DNA from: Patescibacteria group bacterium
GTDB lineage: Bacteria; Patescibacteriota; Patescibacteriia; Magasanikbacterales; GWA2-37-8
Direction of reading: 5' to 3'
Length of the DNA stretch: 64,000 bases
Assembly: GCA_041661385.1 (NCBI GenBank)
Contig: JBAZUP010000002.1
Span: 78,670 to 142,669, forward strand
In this document: one piece after another, positions 22,604-32,787 of the stretch
Layout of the letters: the number at the start of each line of letters is the position of its first letter
How positions within the stretch are numbered: position 1 is the stretch's first letter
The notes under the pieces: generated by a model
Seen by the model: only the letters and a program-made list of their open reading frames with translations
The model's database searches: none
Told to the model about the DNA's origin: nothing
Position numbers and translations under genes: made by a program

Positions 22604-23236
22604 ATGGTTACGGGGGAAGTAAAAGAAAAAATAAAGGATTTTTTGTTTCCGTATTTTTGCGCAGGCTGTAATAAAGAAGGGGAATGGTGGTGCAAAAACT
22701 GTCGCAAAACTGAAGTAGCACCTTCTATTATAAAGGCCGAAGCTGGGCTAGAAGCTGTTTCGGTTCTTTTTAATTATGATGAACATTCGGCAATTGGTTA
22801 TCTTATTAAACAGTTCAAATACAATTATGTTAAGGATATTTCGGAATTATGGAGAGCTGTTATAGTAGAAGCTAATTTATATTTTGAAAATAATACCATG
22901 CTTATTCCGGTTCCGCTTTTTTGGCGTCGAGAGCGAGAAAGAGGGTATAATCAGGCAAATATTTTAGCTCAAATATTGGCGGAGGTTTCCAAAAAAGAGC
23001 CGGTTCTGCATGCTCTAACTAGAGTTCGGCCGACCTTGCAACAAGCAAAACTTAATCGCGCTGAGCGGCAAATAAATGTTTTAAATGCTTTTGAGTGGCG
23101 GGCAAGCTATGTTCCAGAGCGGGTTGTCTTGGTGGACGACGTTTATACCACCGGAGCGACCATGAAAGAGTGCGCAAGCGTATTAAAACAGGCGGGGGTA
23201 AAGAAAGTCTCTGGTTTTGTATTGGCGCATGGATAG
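22604..23236 (+). CDS. comF: ComF family phosphoribosyltransferase-like competence protein
   Basis: CxxC..CxxC, IPVPL, RERGYNQA, VLVDDVYTTGAT. Confidence 0.92.
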   Translation: MVTGEVKEKIKDFLFPYFCAGCNKEGEWWCKNCRKTEVAPSIIKAEAGLEAVSVLFNYDEHSAIGYLIKQFKYNYVKDISELWRAVIVEANLYFENNTMLIPVPLFWRRERERGYNQANILAQILAEVSKKEPVLHALTRVRPTLQQAKLNRAERQINVLNAFEWRASYVPERVVLVDDVYTTGATMKECASVLKQAGVKKVSGFVLAHG

Positions 23237-23296
23237 GTGTAATATTGACTTGCTCAATTGAAAATGCTATTATGTAAGGGTTATTTTATTGAAAAA

Positions 23297-23368
23297 GCCG
23301 CGGTAGCTCAGTGGTAGAGCGAAGGCCTGAAGAGCCTTGCGTCGTGGGTTCGATCCCCACCTGCGGCA
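23297..23368 (+). tRNA. tRNA-Phe(GAA), CCA not encoded
   Basis: gccgcgg/ctgcggc acceptor; aaggc-ctGAAga-gcctt anticodon arm; GGTTCGATCC T-arm. Confidence 0.95.
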
Positions 23369-23471
23369 CGCTGTCCACCCCGACCCCCGACTTAAGACAC
23401 CTTCGGTTTCTTACGTCGCTTCGCTCCTATCTTTCCACTGCGGGGTGTCCAGATTTGCCTCAGGCAAATAA

Positions 23472-23545
23472 CGGGCTATGGCTCAATTGGCTAGAGCGTC
23501 TGGTTTGGGACCAGAAGGTTGTGAGTTCAAGTCTCACTAGCCCGA
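23472..23545 (+). tRNA. tRNA-Pro(TGG), CCA not encoded
   Basis: cgggcta/tagcccg acceptor; tctgg-ttTGGga-ccaga; GTTCAAGT T-loop. Confidence 0.95.
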
Positions 23546-23550
23546 CACGT

Positions 23551-23581
23551 AAAAGACCAGTCATTAGGACTGGTCTTTTTT
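23551..23581 (+). terminator. Intrinsic terminator after the tRNAs
   Basis: aaaagaccagtc-atta-ggactggtctttttt. Confidence 0.8.
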
Positions 23582-23734
23582 ATTTTTATTCAACAAAAAA
23601 TATTACGGTTTTTTGTGATACTTCAAAAAATAATCGCTTCTTTTTTTTACCAAAGTAATTTGATAAAAATAAGAAGGGTTGGGAACGGCGCATGAGAAAG
23701 CGCCGTTCCCATAGATCACACCCTTTCATTGCCT

Positions 23735-24040
23735 TTAGCCACGCCGACGTGATGACGTTCGACTCCATCCGCGGAACAGGATGCCAGCTCCCAGCACGAA
23801 GCCGAAGTTGTACCATCCTCCATTGTTGTGGACTTCGTAGAAGCTGACTGTGTCGTAGAAGAGCGAGATGATGAACGTGATCCCACAGATCAAACCATGC
23901 CAGAGACCAAGCCAGAACCCGGCGATGTTGCCGTCGGACGAGGCGGTGTGGGTTGCCGGATTGGGACCGGCAGCACAACCGCTCATCTGGAATAGGGTGA
24001 TGACCAGTAGAACAGGGGCGTACTTCTTGAGGTTCTTCAC
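23735..24040 (-). CDS. Small GC-rich putative membrane lipoprotein
   Basis: GTG start after AAGGAG; MSGC lipobox-like; AGFWLGLWHGLI..YEVHNNGGWYNFGFVLG. Confidence 0.75.
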   Translation of the reverse strand: MKNLKKYAPVLLVITLFQMSGCAAGPNPATHTASSDGNIAGFWLGLWHGLICGITFIISLFYDTVSFYEVHNNGGWYNFGFVLGAGILFRGWSRTSSRRRG

Positions 24041-24376
24041 GGGCTTTCTCCTTGGGGTCCAAAAGACCCACGCAAGTGATTTTTGTAGACAGGACATTTG
24101 AAACTATGATATATCTCAATTTCAAATATCCCGTCCACCTAGGTGTGATAAATTGTAAGATACAAGCTTACTAGCAGAATATACGGCTAAAATTAGTCAT
24201 AAATTACAGCTAATAAACAGTAAAGCATATCACAAAAGACGACTTTTGTCAAGATTGTTGGCAAAATAAGTTCCAACTTCATTCCACTAGTTCAGCACAT
24301 TAAAACCCGCCATTATTGGCGTGTTTTGTTATTTTGTAAAATGTATTTATTGTGATATACTAGCAAAAAAGAACCT

Positions 24377-24811
24377 ATGTTTGGAGAAAAAATACCTACT
24401 GATAAAGAACAGCTTGAAGCTGGGCGAATTTTTGTTTCCCCTTTACCGATTGAAGAAGGACCTGAGTGGAATAGCGCAGAAATTGAAGGTAAATTATCTG
24501 TAGATGTGCTTGAGACCGAAACCGATTTGGTTGTTATTGCTACCATGGCCGGCACCAGGCCGGAGGATATTTTTTTGCATTTACACAACGATTTTCTTAC
24601 TATTCGAGGCAGTCGGTCCCCAAATTTGAATGAACCGGTTCACTTTTTTTATGAAGAATGCTATTGGGGAAAATTTTCAAGAACAATCGTTTTGCCGGTA
24701 GATGTAAATGGCGATATAGCAAAATCTGAATATCGTAATGGTGTACTTACCATTCGTTTGCCAAAAGCCAGCGCAAGGCAAAGTATTCCAATTTTAGTAA
24801 TTGAAGATTAG
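24377..24811 (+). CDS. Hsp20/alpha-crystallin small heat-shock protein
   Basis: VDVLET, LTIRGSR, ECYWGKFSRTIVLP, YRNGVLTIRLPK. Confidence 0.93.
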   Translation: MFGEKIPTDKEQLEAGRIFVSPLPIEEGPEWNSAEIEGKLSVDVLETETDLVVIATMAGTRPEDIFLHLHNDFLTIRGSRSPNLNEPVHFFYEECYWGKFSRTIVLPVDVNGDIAKSEYRNGVLTIRLPKASARQSIPILVIED

Positions 24812-26714
24812 TGTGAAAATAAAACTTCCGGCGTCGATAGGTCGACTCGGTAAAAATAAGTTGATTTTTGTTTTGCCGGCATGCATTATAATGCTTGGCG
24901 CTATTATTGTCGGCGGTGTTTGGTATTATATAAATTCTTATCAAGATCGGGTTTATCCGGGAGTAAAAATTGGCCAGTATGATTTGGGCGGCTTAACCAA
25001 AAAAGAAGTCAAAAATTTTATTGAAAATATTAATAACCGATTTGCCAACGAAGGAATAGAAATAATTATCGATAGTGAGGTCGGACCAAATGTAAAAATC
25101 AACACGGTGGCGAGCGGGGAGAGCGCTTTTGAAATGTTCCGTATCGATAGTGACGCCGTCAGTATTGCCGCGCTCAGGGCCGGTCGGCGAGGTGAAAATA
25201 CCAATGCTTACTTTGACCCCCTATATTTGCGTTTTTTCCCGTCGGAGCTTATTGTGCCGGTAGTTGCGAATGATGATATCTTAAAGTCGGAACTTTCAAT
25301 TGCTCTTTCATCTTATGAAGATAAGGTTCGCAATGCGACCGTTAGTAATGTCCAGCTAAATGGCGCGGCAAACATAATTGAAGAAAAGAGCGGACGAACT
25401 TTTGATTATGATTTAGCTGTGGCAAGTATTAGGAATAATGTTTCACATATTTCATTTCAGCCGATAGTTTTAAAAAGAAGTTTTTTTTCGCCGACGGTTA
25501 CTAAGCCGATGATTGAAGCAATTTTACCGGATTTGGGAGCGATTTTAAAATTTGGACCGCTCATTATAACTGACCCAACTTCATCTACTCCAGAGCGAGA
25601 GTGGGTTATTACCGAAAGAGAACTTGCGGGACTCGTTGGAGTAAGAGCAACCGACGATGGCCGGGCGGTTTTTTCGTTAAATAAAGATGAGCTTGAAAAA
25701 TATTTAAAAAATGTCATTGCTCCTGAAGTAGAGGTGCCGGCTAAGAATGCGAAATTTACCGTTGAAAATAATAAGGTTATTGAATTTCAAAACAGTTCTG
25801 ATGGTAAAGTGGTTGATCTTGATGCGACATATCTTGGGCTTAATAATTTGTTTGAGGTTCGAAATTCATTAATTTTACATAATACCAATGCCGATCGAAC
25901 GCCGCTGGTTTTAAAGACGTTATTACCGGATGTTCGTATTGCGAACAGTAATGAAATGGGAATTGTCGAGCTGATTGGCAGCGGTACTTCAACTTTTAGA
26001 GATAGTCATACTAGGCGCATTCAAAATATTGCCCACGCTGTAGAACGATTAAATGGTACATTAATAAAACCTGGAGAAGAGTTTTCTGCTACCAAAGCCG
26101 CCGGTCCGTTTACTTTAGAAAATGGTTATTTACCTGAGTCGGTAATAAAAGGTAGAACACTGAAAGATGAAGTAGGGGGTGGCATGTGTCAGATTGGAAC
26201 AACGCTTTTCCGCATGGCAATGCAAAGCGGACTTCCTATTACCGAACGGCATAATCATTCGCTTGTAGTAAGTTATTATCTTGATCCGGTAAATGGTAAT
26301 CCGGGAACGGATGCCACCTTGTATGAACCGATTTTGGATCTGAAATTTTTAAATGAAACTGGAAATCATTTACTTTTACTTACGGATATTGATTATAAAA
26401 AACAATTGTTAACTTTTTCATTGTGGGGAACAAATGATGGCCGTAGTGGATGGTTTTCGCGCCCTAAAGTTAGCCGTTGGATTCCGGCACCGGCTGAGAC
26501 GGAATATATTGTTGCAAGTGTCAATTCAAATGGTAAACCGATTACCGGTGAATCGTGCCAGGTCGCTTTTCGCGGTGCGGTTGCAAGTTTTACTTATACA
26601 CGTATTACACCGGAAGGCGAAAAAATTGAGCGTGTTTTTGATAGTTATTATCGGCCACTTCCAAGAATTTGTACGATTCCACCGAGCAGCACTCCCGCCG
26701 TCGTCACTCCATAA
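24801..26714 (+). CDS. VanW family protein with peptidoglycan-binding region
   Basis: TM, VYPGVKIG, LNGTLIKPGEEFS, GGGMCQIGTTLF, ERHNHS, GTDAT, DLKFLN; start uncertain. Confidence 0.88.
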   Translation: MKISVKIKLPASIGRLGKNKLIFVLPACIIMLGAIIVGGVWYYINSYQDRVYPGVKIGQYDLGGLTKKEVKNFIENINNRFANEGIEIIIDSEVGPNVKINTVASGESAFEMFRIDSDAVSIAALRAGRRGENTNAYFDPLYLRFFPSELIVPVVANDDILKSELSIALSSYEDKVRNATVSNVQLNGAANIIEEKSGRTFDYDLAVASIRNNVSHISFQPIVLKRSFFSPTVTKPMIEAILPDLGAILKFGPLIITDPTSSTPEREWVITERELAGLVGVRATDDGRAVFSLNKDELEKYLKNVIAPEVEVPAKNAKFTVENNKVIEFQNSSDGKVVDLDATYLGLNNLFEVRNSLILHNTNADRTPLVLKTLLPDVRIANSNEMGIVELIGSGTSTFRDSHTRRIQNIAHAVERLNGTLIKPGEEFSATKAAGPFTLENGYLPESVIKGRTLKDEVGGGMCQIGTTLFRMAMQSGLPITERHNHSLVVSYYLDPVNGNPGTDATLYEPILDLKFLNETGNHLLLLTDIDYKKQLLTFSLWGTNDGRSGWFSRPKVSRWIPAPAETEYIVASVNSNGKPITGESCQVAFRGAVASFTYTRITPEGEKIERVFDSYYRPLPRICTIPPSSTPAVVTP

Positions 26715-27131
26715 AAAAATCTCCCACGTACCAATAAGTACGTGGGAGTTTTATATTTGTGGGGGTTACCCCCCTAAACCGCACCCAAGAAGATGTATTG
26801 CAGGTAAGGATGAGCCGGAGCCGACCATTCCAACAACACATCTCCATGCTTGTCGTGGATACGGGAACCTGATGAAAAATTTTTTCGGCAGATTCCCTAA
26901 TCCAGTTCAGAGCTTTTCCGGAGTATAGAGTGTCTTGGTTGTCACCATTTCGCGCCGCGATAATTATCTGGAAGGCGCTGTTTCTGGTGTGCGTTCTAGG
27001 GTCACTAGAACTGTTAAGGATACCATATATAGGATGGGTTGTCAAGTAAACAACTGTGGATAGCCTGTTTTTGGCTAAAACAAAAGGAAAACCTCCGCTT
27101 GGGCGGAGGTTTTTGAAGGAAAGAAGGGTGT

Positions 27132-27743
27132 TTATTTAATTATTACCTTATCAATTAAACCGTATTTTAGTGCTTCAGTTGCAGTTTGGAAATAGTCACG
27201 ATCAGTGTCTTTTTCAATGGTTTTAAGGTCTTTACCGGTGCTTTCCGATAGAATCTTGTTAAGCCGGTCTTTTATTCTGAGAATTCTTTCAGCGCGGATT
27301 TTGATATCACTGGCTTGGCCTTCCATTCCGCCCATTACTTGGTGAATCATTATTTCTGAGTTTGGTAGGGCAAAACGCTTGCCTTTTTCTCCGGCCGCGA
27401 GTAGCACGGCTGCCATACTAGCCGCAAGACCAACGCAGATTGTACTGACTGCCGGTTTAATGAATTTAATGGTATCAAAGATAGCTAGGCCAGCGGTGAC
27501 TGAACCACCTGGAGAATTGATGTAAAGCTTAATATCTTTTTCCTCACTTTGATTTGCAAGGAATAACATTTGCGCGATTACGACATTGGCAACTCCGTCA
27601 TCAATTTCACTTCCGAGGAAAATTATCCGATCTTGGAGAAGACGAGAATAGATATCGTAGGCGCGTTCACCAAAGTTGGTTTTTTCGATTACGGTTGGGA
27701 TTAAGTATTGTGAGGTAGATTTAATATTATTTTGTTTTGACAT
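27132..27743 (-). CDS. clpP: ATP-dependent Clp protease proteolytic subunit
   Basis: [31 protein letters not shown]. Confidence 0.97.
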   Translation of the reverse strand: MSKQNNIKSTSQYLIPTVIEKTNFGERAYDIYSRLLQDRIIFLGSEIDDGVANVVIAQMLFLANQSEEKDIKLYINSPGGSVTAGLAIFDTIKFIKPAVSTICVGLAASMAAVLLAAGEKGKRFALPNSEIMIHQVMGGMEGQASDIKIRAERILRIKDRLNKILSESTGKDLKTIEKDTDRDYFQTATEALKYGLIDKVIIK

Positions 27744-27768
27744 AATATTTTATTAAGTCTTTACCTTA

Positions 27769-28290
27769 TCATAAGGTTGAAGAAGTTTCAATAACAGTTG
27801 TCTTTGGCAAAGATTCACGAATTTTGGCTAGGTCTTGTTCGGAATATTTGTTGCCGCTAATTATAAACTTCTTTAAATTTTTAAGATTGCCAATTTCATA
27901 AGGCATGCCGGTAATGTAATTATTCGAAACATCGAGTATTTCAAGGTTGGCGAGCTGGCCTACTTCTGCCGGAATGCCGGTAAGAAGATTGTTGCTCATA
28001 TTTAACACCTTAAGGCTGGTCATTTTACCGACCTGAGACGGAATAGCTCCGGTCAGTTTATTGTTAGAAATATTTAATTCAATAGCCCGACTATTTTCGA
28101 ATATTTCTACGGGAATAGTTTTAAGATTCTGGCCACTCAGATTTATTGTATTTAAATAAGTCTGGATTGCCGGTGGCTTTTGTCCGATATTTGAATTGTC
28201 TGGCACTCTAAATATAGTGGAACGCGGGGCGCACCCAACTCCCAAAATAATTAATGTTGAAGCTGCTGATAAGATCAATTTATTACGCAT
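27769..28290 (-). CDS. Leucine-rich-repeat lipoprotein
   Basis: MRNKL..LGVGC lipobox; repeats LNISNNKLTG.IP, LNMSNNLLTGIP, LDVSNNYITGMP. Confidence 0.85.
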   Translation of the reverse strand: MRNKLILSAASTLIILGVGCAPRSTIFRVPDNSNIGQKPPAIQTYLNTINLSGQNLKTIPVEIFENSRAIELNISNNKLTGAIPSQVGKMTSLKVLNMSNNLLTGIPAEVGQLANLEILDVSNNYITGMPYEIGNLKNLKKFIISGNKYSEQDLAKIRESLPKTTVIETSSTL

Positions 28291-28294
28291 AAAA

Positions 28295-29260
28295 TTATTC
28301 TTTAAATTTAATAGTTTCCGGTGCAAATTCCGGGACGAAGGAATTAATAATGTTTTTTTCAATTGTTTCAAGACAAAAACTTTTTCCATTCGGTAAAATA
28401 TGAGTGCGGTCAATGACGCCGTCTTGTTCGGCTTTGGTTCTAAATAAGCGCGGCGGTTCACCCATGGCTTCGAGAGCGAGGCGAAAACTGCCCCAGTGAA
28501 TAGGAATGCAGTGATCGCTTTTCAAATCGGCAAATGCCTGATGTGCTTCAAGCGGGTTCATGTGGTGCGATGTCATCATCATTGGCTTATAAGCACCTAC
28601 CGGCAAAAGCGCGATATCGATTTTGTGTTTATCACCAATGTCTTTAAAATATTCGCCATAAGCAGTATCTCCGCCAAAAAATATCGCGTGATTATTTCGT
28701 TCTAATACATAGCAGTTATAACCTCGATCCGCTTTTTCCCAAGGAAATCTCTTTCCCCAATGTTTTGCTTGATAGGCAAAAACATTTAAGTCCGATTCAA
28801 GATTATTTTTATTCCAGTCGAGTTCGATAATTTTTTGGAAAGACATTTTTTCCACCAGATCGCGGCAAGCGCGGGGGACAATAAGTGTTTTTGTTTTGCT
28901 GGCGAGTCGGCGTAGCGAGCGCTTATCAAAATGATCAAGGTGAGCGTGGGAAATAATAACATAATCTAGCTCTGGCAATTCTTCGACTTTATATCCATGC
29001 ATTACGCGACGTTTGGGTACCGGCAAGCCACGCATGAGAAGCGGATCAGTAAGAATAATGGTGCCAAAAAAATTAATCAGAACGGTGGCATGTCCAACCA
29101 TCCAAACTCGTATTTCGTCTGGATTAATTACAATTGGTTCGCTGGGAAGAAGTTGGATGCGCCGAAAAAAATCTAGAGTGGTTCGGATTAACATAATTAG
29201 GCCAAAAGTCGTGATTAATGCGCCTTTGGTCAATTTATAACGTTTTTTTGTTGTTTCCAT
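28295..29260 (-). CDS. Metallo-beta-lactamase-fold hydrolase (NAPE-PLD/RomA-like)
   Basis: GHAT, ISHAHLDH, HW, FGGDT, LPVGAY, HMNP, PIHWG. Confidence 0.88.
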   Translation of the reverse strand: METTKKRYKLTKGALITTFGLIMLIRTTLDFFRRIQLLPSEPIVINPDEIRVWMVGHATVLINFFGTIILTDPLLMRGLPVPKRRVMHGYKVEELPELDYVIISHAHLDHFDKRSLRRLASKTKTLIVPRACRDLVEKMSFQKIIELDWNKNNLESDLNVFAYQAKHWGKRFPWEKADRGYNCYVLERNNHAIFFGGDTAYGEYFKDIGDKHKIDIALLPVGAYKPMMMTSHHMNPLEAHQAFADLKSDHCIPIHWGSFRLALEAMGEPPRLFRTKAEQDGVIDRTHILPNGKSFCLETIEKNIINSFVPEFAPETIKFKE

Positions 29261-29431
29261 GTATTACAGGTTATTGATGATACTATTATACAATACGTTT
29301 GGGAGTATGGAAAGGGTGCTAAACTGCTAAAATTATGCCTTATTTAAGCTCAAAATCAAGCTTTTTTTAATTAGCTATTTGAAGTTTTGGGCTGGTAGTA
29401 AAATTGTGCCACTAACGAGAGATTTTTATCG

Positions 29432-30166
29432 TTAGTTGAAAAGCTTCATAAACCAACCGAATAGACTGAAGGTGTTTTCGTGTAGAGAGACGAAGGTGTT
29501 GAGTTTTACTTCTTCGGCTTTCAGATTATCTATTTCGGCGATGGTGGAAGTGCTTGGGGTGGAGGTAGGCAGGCTGGCAAGTAGGCGGTTTAATTTATCG
29601 ATTCTATTTTCGGTTTTTGCTATTTCACTACGAATTTCACCAACATTTTTATAGTCAGTACCGATGAAGAAAGTTTTTATTTTGCTTCGGCTTTCAATTT
29701 CTTCGATTGCGGTAGAGACTTTATCTTTCGATTCATCCAGTTCTTTCGCCACCTCTCGAACTTGTTCACCGATGCCGCCTTTGTTATTGTCCGCTATATT
29801 CAAAAGATTTTGAACAAAAGCGGATACAGAACTACGGTGTTCTTCCGCTCGGCTATTATCTTCATTGTCTTCTCTGTTTTCAGAAGAAGTTTGGTTTTGG
29901 GTGGTGGTTCGATTGTCGTCATTTTCATCGTCATTATTATCTTCAATATCTTCTTTATCTCGTCTCGAATTAGAGCTTGTTGAATCGTCGTTGTCGTCAT
30001 TTCGACGTTCAGTTGAGGTAAGACCGTTAGCGGTGATACTTATCTCCTCATCGCTCGTATCGCGAGTTTCATCATTGTTTTCGCGAGCGTAGATGCCAAT
30101 ACTCGGCAAAGCCAGCAAGGCGACAGTGCTAAATATGGCTAAATTCTTAAGTTTATTTGTTTTCAT
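29432..30166 (-). CDS. Exported protein with acidic low-complexity N-region and helical C-domain
   Basis: Signal peptide; EEHRSSV..GGIGEQVREVA..FFIGTDYKN..FSLFGW. Confidence 0.7.
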   Translation of the reverse strand: MKTNKLKNLAIFSTVALLALPSIGIYARENNDETRDTSDEEISITANGLTSTERRNDDNDDSTSSNSRRDKEDIEDNNDDENDDNRTTTQNQTSSENREDNEDNSRAEEHRSSVSAFVQNLLNIADNNKGGIGEQVREVAKELDESKDKVSTAIEEIESRSKIKTFFIGTDYKNVGEIRSEIAKTENRIDKLNRLLASLPTSTPSTSTIAEIDNLKAEEVKLNTFVSLHENTFSLFGWFMKLFN

Positions 30167-30337
30167 ATTTGTTTATTTTGTGAATAAATATTCTCTTGAT
30201 GCGCAAGAGTCATATCTATTTTGTAACATTAAATTAAATAAAAATCAAGGTTATTTAGAAGGGTGTGAACCGGAAAAAAATTGTAAAAAAACAGGAATCG
30301 TGCCCTGTTTTTTAATAATTTTGACAATTTGTTATTT

Positions 30338-30514
30338 TTATAGAGCGTCGGTTTTGGGCCGGCTGCGCTTTTCCATTTTCTTGGAAAAAGATTTTTTGCC
30401 GATTACTTTTTTTAACCCAAAATGCTCCGCGGGTTTAACCGGAACGGAATCGACTTCAAATTTTTCCGGCTCCTTTTTTTTAATTTCGTCTAATTGTTTT
30501 TTATACCATTTCAT
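30338..30514 (-). CDS. Small basic protein (58 aa), below the ORF-track cut-off
   Basis: MKWYKKQLDEIKKKEPEKFEV...KTDAL*; TATACT-like -10 upstream. Confidence 0.5.
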   Translation of the reverse strand: MKWYKKQLDEIKKKEPEKFEVDSVPVKPAEHFGLKKVIGKKSFSKKMEKRSRPKTDAL

Positions 30515-30663
30515 AAAGTATCTTTATCTATAATATGTAGTATAGAGGATATTTAAAAAAATGCAAATTTAGACAATCGTTTTTTGATGTGTTAGACTGC
30601 AAACAACTGATCGGGGATAAGAAGATATTTCAAACCTAACACCCAATCAGCGAAAGGAAGCAC

Positions 30664-30858
30664 GTGAACGACGGCGACCCGAAGTCAGCAGCACTCGGTG
30701 ACCTCCGAAGAGCGGTATTCAGCGGGTCTCCGCACGATATCGAGATGCAGACGGATCGGTGCCGTGAATACGGTGCTACTCGTGAAGAAGTGGACAGCAT
30801 CGTGAACAACAGTCATCCCGCCCGGTATCGGCGGTTCACCACCATGCGTGGTTCGTAG
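30664..30858 (+). CDS. Small GC-rich hypothetical protein
   Basis: GTG after GAAAGGAAG; followed by a cccccgg..ccggggg hairpin. Confidence 0.55.
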   Translation: MNDGDPKSAALGDLRRAVFSGSPHDIEMQTDRCREYGATREEVDSIVNNSHPARYRRFTTMRGS

Positions 30859-31027
30859 GAGAAGAAATATCCCCCGGCGTGCAATTGCGCGTCCGGGGGA
30901 TCATTATTTATTCCTTCTTTGTATTATCAGGCTATTGACACTTTAAAAAAATTACAAACAAAATCGGTCGAATTCTTCATTGTTGAAGCAGTTTTATCGG
31001 AGTACAATTAAATAGTAGCTTAATTAA

Positions 31028-31780
31028 ATGAAATCAATTTCTTTATTCAGTATTAAGGCAAAAATTGAACCGTTTTATTCCACGGTTTTGGGTTTGCTAT
31101 TGATTGTAACGACCGTAGTTTTAATAGTTCTTATTGGAAATACTTTGGACCATGTTGGTTTTATAGTTGCTTTCGATAAATTTATCTATGAACAAATTAA
31201 TCTCGGTGCCCATCCGGGGTGGTTGAATAAATTGGTTGCGCCGTTTAATTTTAATTTTATTCCTCAGCTTGGAACATTGATTCCAAATTTTTTATACTTT
31301 GTTTTTGCCTTAGGTTTTTTGGATATTTTATTGTTTAATAGAAAAGATTTTGGCTATGCGCTGCTCGCAATAGTATTTGCGTTTTTGGTAGATTATTATT
31401 TATTTAAAATCACGAACAGCTACGTGTTTCGCGACCGGCCGTTCATACATTTATTAAATACTGTTCCGGACGGTTCAAAGGCAATTTGGACTCATTGGCC
31501 GACTTATCCTTCCGGTCACGTGCGAGACATGGCGCTTTATTCAATAGTGTTAAGCGGTTTTGGAAAATATTTAAAGTGGCCGTTTGTAATAGTTACTTTG
31601 TGGGTCGGTTACACTCGAATATATTTGGGCGCGCATTATCCAACGGATGTTTTGGCTGGTTTATTGCTAGGCTATTTTATCGGTTACGGTATTTTGATAA
31701 TTATAAAATCTTGGCAAAAGCTTATCCGTGATAGAAAAATTAGGCGCAATATAAAATATTTTGGAGCGGAAGATAATTAA
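31028..31780 (+). CDS. PAP2-family membrane phosphatase
   Basis: RDRPF, YPSGH, TRIYLGAHYPTDV. Confidence 0.9.
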   Translation: MKSISLFSIKAKIEPFYSTVLGLLLIVTTVVLIVLIGNTLDHVGFIVAFDKFIYEQINLGAHPGWLNKLVAPFNFNFIPQLGTLIPNFLYFVFALGFLDILLFNRKDFGYALLAIVFAFLVDYYLFKITNSYVFRDRPFIHLLNTVPDGSKAIWTHWPTYPSGHVRDMALYSIVLSGFGKYLKWPFVIVTLWVGYTRIYLGAHYPTDVLAGLLLGYFIGYGILIIIKSWQKLIRDRKIRRNIKYFGAEDN

Positions 31781-31789
31781 TACATTAAA

Positions 31790-32779
31790 ATGAGAAAATA
31801 TCTAAAATATTTTTTTGCCTTTGTCGCTTTGGTTTTAGCGGTGGTATTTTTGTATTTCGTGTTACGAACATTTTCTTGGCAGGAAGCTTATGGTTCAATA
31901 AAAATATTGAACTTTGGCACTATCGCGATTTTTGTCGGATGTGTTTTAGCGGTTGGCGTCATAAAGGCGTATCGTTTTTATATTATTTTAAAATCGGTTG
32001 GTTTAAAAACTAGTTTATGGAAAACCATAATAGTTTTTATTTCTAGTCAGGCTTTTACTCCGCTACCGGGCGGAGAGGTAGTTCGGATTATTCTTTTTAA
32101 AAATAAATTACATTTAGAAACAACCCGGGTAATTGCGCCGGTTTATCTGCAGGCTTTTTTTGAATTGTGGACTGCCACGGTGTTGGCACTTCTTACGATT
32201 TTATTTATTAAAACAAGTTTTGGAATTTGGTTTGGGATTGGGCTTTCCTTAATGTTGATAGTAATATCGGTATTTATTTTAATTCCCGGTAAGTTGCAGA
32301 ATTTGCTTTTGTTTTTAAAAAGTAAGGGTTTGAAGTATTTTTGGGTAAATAAGCTTGTCGAAATTTTAAAGGTTAACGAAGAATTTATATCAAAGACGAG
32401 TGGTAGCGTGCGCTGGCGATTGTGGAGCATCGTAATTGGGCTTGGCCTCGCAAGTCATATAACGGGCGGGTTCCTTGTTTGGTATATTGCAAAAGTGCAG
32501 GGTGTTAATATAACAATCGTGCAGAGTATTTTCACCGCTGTCGCGGCGGTACTCATACAAATTATTCTGTCGTTTATTCCCGGCGGGCTTGGTGTTACTG
32601 AGGGCGGACTAATTGGCATCTTAACGACTTTTGGTATTCCTTGGAATAAATCCGTAATTATTACTTTGCTTTATCGGATTTTAACCTTACCAGTTTTAAT
32701 TATAATTTCACTTCTGTTTTTATTATTTCTGTATATTCCAAATCTTTATAGAAAAAAACCGGTTCTAATCCAAAGTTAA
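31790..32779 (+). CDS. Lysylphosphatidylglycerol-synthase TM domain / flippase-like protein (UPF0104)
   Basis: Polytopic; PLPGGEVVR, IPGGLGVTEG, LLYR. Confidence 0.88.
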   Translation: MRKYLKYFFAFVALVLAVVFLYFVLRTFSWQEAYGSIKILNFGTIAIFVGCVLAVGVIKAYRFYIILKSVGLKTSLWKTIIVFISSQAFTPLPGGEVVRIILFKNKLHLETTRVIAPVYLQAFFELWTATVLALLTILFIKTSFGIWFGIGLSLMLIVISVFILIPGKLQNLLLFLKSKGLKYFWVNKLVEILKVNEEFISKTSGSVRWRLWSIVIGLGLASHITGGFLVWYIAKVQGVNITIVQSIFTAVAAVLIQIILSFIPGGLGVTEGGLIGILTTFGIPWNKSVIITLLYRILTLPVLIIISLLFLLFLYIPNLYRKKPVLIQS

Positions 32780-32787
32780 TTTGTAAT

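Noticed and set aside
12461-23545. T4SS cluster as an ICE integrated at tRNA-Phe/Pro
   Set aside because: No integrase, relaxase or tRNA-end duplication flanks it, and composition matches core genes.
23311-23658. ORF-track entries over tRNAs, rRNA and repeats (also 38644-38989, 44061-44386, 57672-57854, 58502-58690, 59609-59803, 60031-60331)
   Set aside because: They overlap RNA genes or structured repeats and are shadow ORFs.
26704-27045. 113-aa minus-strand ORF between vanW and clpP
   Set aside because: Its start overlaps a promoter-like TTGACA and its end runs through a terminator; may be a decayed orphan but cannot be supported.
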